Assembly (NCBI RefSeq): GCF_024521635.1
Contig: NW_026250439.1
Span: 124,001-188,000 of the forward strand
Length of the DNA: 64,000 nt
Direction of reading: 5' to 3'
DNA from: Tricharina praecox
Taxonomy: Eukaryota
Part shown: one piece after another, positions 59,396 to 64,000 of the stretch
Layout of the letters: every line of letters starts with the position of its first letter
Numbering within the stretch: the first letter of the stretch is position 1
The notes under the pieces: model-generated
Database searches by the model: none
Told to the model about the DNA's origin: nothing
What the model saw: only the letters and a program-made list of their open reading frames with translations
Position numbers and translations under genes: made by a program

Positions 59396-62048
59396 CAGTT
59401 GTTCGGTCATGACGGTGGGAAACACTGGCCGCCTACCACCCCTCTTTTATGTCTTCTCTCGAGGCCTTCAGACTCTCTCCATAAAAAAATTGTTCATACC
59501 CTCCAACAGGAAGGGGGTTCGAGAAACGAGTTGCTATATACGACCGGACGGCGGAGGTCTGTGTGATGGAGGACGAATACCGGTACGAGTCGACGGTGGT
59601 AGAGAAGATGACGAAAGGGTGGAGGCGGACGATGGCGGGATGACTGGGGCGGATGTGGGACTGTGTGTGTCGCGCTGTTGAACCTGTCAGCAAGTAAAGC
59701 AGAAGCCGTGCAGGAAGGAAGGAAAGCTCACGCATCCCGCGCCAGTATTACTTATAGCTTGGTTACCGTAGGGAGATAGGTAGGACTTCCGTTCACCGGC
59801 AGCCCGAGGAACTCGTCCTCCACGTCCACTCCGCTTATTCGAACTTTGAACGTGCGAGGCGCTGTCCCAACTGGTTACAACACCCGCACGCAGCCGGATT
59901 GTGGGTGCTAACGAAGGAGGAAGAAGGCTGGGTGGTGTAAACATCTTTGGATCGATAGGTACCGATGGTGATTCTGTCGCTTCGGGGCGGTGGTGATGAA
60001 GGTTAGAGCTGTTCAGGCGGAGAGTGCGGAGTGCGGAGTGCGAAATGGTAATTCAAAGAGAGCGCGAGAGTGTGAATCTCTGTGCTTCCATGATGTATCG
60101 AAAGGGAGTTTTCTGTGACTTGAAGAAGTATATTGTGCTTGTTTACGAGCATATGGTTGCACCACAATTGGCGGCTAAATCGCATTCAGATAAGTTCGAA
60201 GGCAAAACAGATGTAGCGTCTGGTGACGGTAGCGTCGGGTCGAATCTTAGGGCTGAATCACGTGTTCGCTTCCGCTTCCACCTCTCCTTCCCGTCCTCGC
60301 TCTCTCTCTTTCTTCCACTCCACATCCTTCCCTTTCCCCCACTCCACATCATTCCCTTTCCCCTTCTCAACATCCTTCTCTCCTTTCTCCCAAAGACCTT
60401 CGGGTCGCAATCATTTCCTTTCCGCTTTGCTCATCCTTTTTTTTTTCTTTCGGTTTTTTCTCAGCTCATCGCCTACCGACGGCACCAACGATGACTTGGG
60501 TTCTCGGAAAAGCAGGATGGTACTCCATCACACCACCTACGGAGTACGCCCGCAGAGACATCTCTGCGAAGCGCGGCCGAAAACCCAACCTGGGCTGTGC
60601 TGCTTGGAAGAGGAGATGACGTACTCCTCGTTCGATCAAGCCTTCGGCGGAGTACTCCCCAATCTTTGGTTTGGAGAACAACTACTTCCTAGGTGATTCC
60701 CTGAAAGGGTGGGTACTCCATATTTCTTCCTATACAACGTCAGCCATGCTAATAAGACTTCTCGGAACAGTTGCGAACTCCTGCCGCCCGGAAGTGTGAA
60801 TCCAAAGTTAGTGTATGGACAACAATGCCCATCTTCTCCAAGATGGCACACGTGGTTTTGCTACCTGCGATCACCCGACTAGTTGGGATACTTTCAGCCA
60901 CGAGTCCACGAGAACCCGAATGCAAACTGCGCGGAGATCCCAATGCCAAAGACTCCACCATTTCTTGGGTTTCGCCTTTCCCACAGCCATTGCGTATGAC
61001 TGTCAATTTGGATGAAGGTTTTTCCCTGAAGGCTTCGGCCTGATGGGGTTTTCCTTGCTGTTCGCAGCGAATAATATTATTCCCTGGCCGCTGTGCGAGT
61101 GAATGAAATTGTTCTATCGGTGTTGTCTTCTTCCGCAGTGGTGCGACTTCACCCTGGACTAGAAAGAAGCTGGTTCGCTCTCTGTCCCACTCCGTTGCGA
61201 TATGTTTAGAGTCTAATAGACGAGGAGGAGAGGGGCAAATAGATGTCGATGGGGAGCGCATCGGGGGGCGGGCATACCTATGCGAAGAAACAACTTGTCT
61301 TGATCTGGTATGCTCTATGACGTAAGTACCCATGCCCCACAAGTACCGCAAACCATCAAACCGCACTAAATCATTCGGCGTGAGCTGTGACGATAGGGCA
61401 TACCGATCCCTCCGGGTCCGAAGTATAGTACCGACAATTCAGAAATCGTCGCTCGGGTTTGCGGCTGTCAAATATAGGCTCAGGGACTCGTCAGTAGATG
61501 CGTTGGACGTCGGTGCTGGAGCCCAGGCTTTGAAGCATCATCCTCGTTCTCCAATTTATCCTCGGGAAAACACCCCTTCCACCCACAGCAGCAGCGGCAG
61601 CAACATGAGCTTCTTTCTCGGAAGATCGTCGGCTCCTCGTTATCACAGTGGCCTAGCTTCCGACCATTACTGTTACGTTCTCATCCCCCTCTTTATCCTC
61701 AGGACAACTTCCCTTCTACCCACAGCAGCGCCATGAGCTTCTTCATCGGAGGACCACAGGCTCATCGCTACCGCGGTGGCCCAGCTTCCGAGCTTTACCT
61801 CTACCTTTACGATCCCGATTTCGGCCAGGCATACCGTGCCTCAGGCCCTAAGAACGATACGCAGGCGACCGAAGCCACTACCACACTCTTGAGCAACAGC
61901 CACCTCCCTCCCGGTTTCATTCGGGTGCGAGAGTGAAATCCTAGAGCTGAGTGGATTGATACTCGAAAACACCGGCGCCGGAGGCTTGTGGCATCGGAGA
62001 TGGATGCGGGAGCGTGGCGCATAGCCCCCCGCCAGCTGGGAGCCGAAG

Positions 62049-62395
62049 GAAGCAACTGGACAGTCTGGACGACTGGACCGCTGCGTGCGTTGGCGCGAGG
62101 CAGAGAGGGAAAGGCGGAAGATGCCGGTGGGGAGGAAGGAATGGGAGTGGAGACGGAGCGGCTGTGCGACGAGCTGGATGGAAGAATCGAGTTGATGGAG
62201 GAGGGATGACTGGAGCAGTGACGAAGGAAGCAACTGGACGACTGGGCCGCTGTGTGCACAGGCGCGATGCAGAGCGGTAAAGGCGGAAGATGCCCATGGG
62301 GAGGAAGGAATGGGAGTAAAGACGGAGCGGCTGTGCGACGAGCTGGATGGAAGAATTGAGTTGATGGGGGAGGGATGACTGGAGCAGTGACGAGG
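62049..62395. repeat. ~180-bp tandem duplication
   Basis: GGCGGAAGATGCC..TGGGGAGGAAGGAATGGGAGT...GGCTGTGCGACGAGCTGGATGGAAGAAT at ~62113 and ~62282. Confidence 0.9.
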
Positions 62396-63214
62396 AGGAG
62401 GAGGATGTGGTTAGTGTAGATGTACATACTACACAAGGGATCGGAAGTGGTAGAGGCGGTATTGCGTGCCTAAATTATCCCGATTCTATGGAAGACGTGG
62501 GGCTGCGACGGCTATCTGCGGCCTGGGGAGGACTGTTTCCTCCCGACAAATCCATGTCTCGTTCGCTTTCGTCGTGATTGTGTCGAATCGTGTGGTGCTT
62601 CGAGATCCCGACTGCCCGACGAAGCTGGATAATCTACAGCCTCTACTTCAAGCGCAAAGATCCTGAGTCCTGACGGACTGGATATTACTGGCCCGTAGAT
62701 TCTACTTGGCTACGGAATCAATCTGTACGACTAAACTGCTCACGGCTGAAAATGATGGCATATTTACACCTCAGCACATTACTTCTTCTCCAAGAGTATT
62801 TATCTCGGCCTAGGTATCTCATCGCAGGAGGTGGGCTTCTGGTAATGACCTGCATGCTACTCACGATAGCATTTCCGTGGATTACCATCTCCATTAGCAC
62901 GATTTCACGATTTTGCGAGATCCCACCGCGACAGATCCGGGTGTTTCTCCGAATATGGTCGATTACGTATAAATACCTCCCGTACGGCTCTGACAAGGCT
63001 GAGTATACGGTAGACTTGAAGGATGCAAGAGTAGGTACATAGTTGCTATGGCGGAAGGATCATTGATATTTGTATCACAGAATGAGGAGTCTAGCACAGG
63101 AGAGAAAAACTGTTTGAGCCTTGAAAATTCCCGATTCTTCAGACGACGTCGTTACTACCAGTTACAAGCTACTGGCCAGCTATTTGATGCGTAGAGAGCC
63201 AAGCAGATACCCAG

Positions 63215-63826
63215 CTAGATATTGTCGGCGAGATGCTTCTCAAGCCTCTCCCTGTCGCGCAGAAGATCTTCCTCAGTGACACCCAACCACTCCTGAACAG
63301 CGGAGAGCACGAGCTCGCGGCCCTGCAGAACGCCCTCCTTCCTGCCGTGAGCGCGGCCCTGCTCGATGCCTTCCTTCTTACCACGCTCGTAAGCGTCGAT
63401 GATCATGCGCTCGAGATCGATGGAGTCCCTTTTGCCACGCTCGTAAGCTTCCTTGAGGACGCGCTCGAGGGCGGCGTCAGTAATCTGGTGGTTACCGGTT
63501 GAGTAACCCGAGTCCGCTTGATGGCTGCACTCGTCGACGACGGCGGCGAAGTTGGAAGAAGCGAGAGCGGGGCGGGCCTTGTGCCAGTTGGCAGCAAAGA
63601 CGGACGTTGGCAGGAGACTAGCAGCGAAGGCAGTCTTGGGCGACATGCCGCCAACGTCTGCATGATGGAGACTCCTGTAATTCGTGACGAGATCTGACAA
63701 CTCGTGACCAGTCTGATCCATGCTGACGGCGTGGCTGTCGTGGCCACTGTGGAAGTTTTCGCCGGTAGCCTCCTTCGAAGTGGTCTCCTCCGAAGTGAAT
63801 GTCTTGTTGGTTGGGAGGGGCTCCAT
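63215..63826 (-). CDS. Hypothetical protein with AYERG/GxxxG repeats
   Basis: 203-aa ATG ORF with coding-like composition; EAYERGKRD...DAYERGKKEGIEQGRAHGRKEGVLQGRE. Confidence 0.55.
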   Translation of the reverse strand: MEPLPTNKTFTSEETTSKEATGENFHSGHDSHAVSMDQTGHELSDLVTNYRSLHHADVGGMSPKTAFAASLLPTSVFAANWHKARPALASSNFAAVVDECSHQADSGYSTGNHQITDAALERVLKEAYERGKRDSIDLERMIIDAYERGKKEGIEQGRAHGRKEGVLQGRELVLSAVQEWLGVTEEDLLRDRERLEKHLADNI

Positions 63827-64000
63827 CTGGATGGTAAGTTAGTCGCGACGTACAATCGGAGTTCGCGGGAATCACACCTCGAAAGTTCTTTTGAGGTGTA
63901 AAAGCTTTTTTTTGGAGGTGAGGGGGGGTTATTGTGATTGAGGAATGGAGAGTAGTTTGTGGGTACGGTGGATGGTTTCTGAAGTGTAGATGGGTACGGT

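Noticed and set aside
60480..61400. Decayed DNA-transposase-like coding sequence
   Set aside because: Only faint motif impressions across stops and frameshifts; needs a translated HMM search.

Overview
Eukaryotic DNA from a filamentous ascomycete (short GT-AG introns with CTRAY branch points, fungal orthologues; a Pezizomycete-like genome is only an inference). Recognisable genes: ING-family Yng2 (cut by the window start), a secreted Cys-rich M15/DD-peptidase-like protein, Spa2, Ssu72, an Nbp2-like SH3 protein, proline dehydrogenase, a conserved fungal hypothetical protein, a secreted His1 LPMO-like protein and the molybdopterin synthase small subunit, plus several orphan ORFs. Three intronic box C/D snoRNAs lie in 5'-UTR introns. 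Intergenic DNA is rich in decayed LINEs, a hAT-type MITE with an 8-bp TSD, and tandem duplications. The most unusual signals are an array of ~79-nt triple-hairpin units beside a captured ClpX fragment (38.1-39.9 kb), back-to-back introns in a snoRNA host transcript, a five-copy 23-nt motif downstream of proline dehydrogenase, and the two secreted enzymes. All calls come from manual reading; no searches were run.
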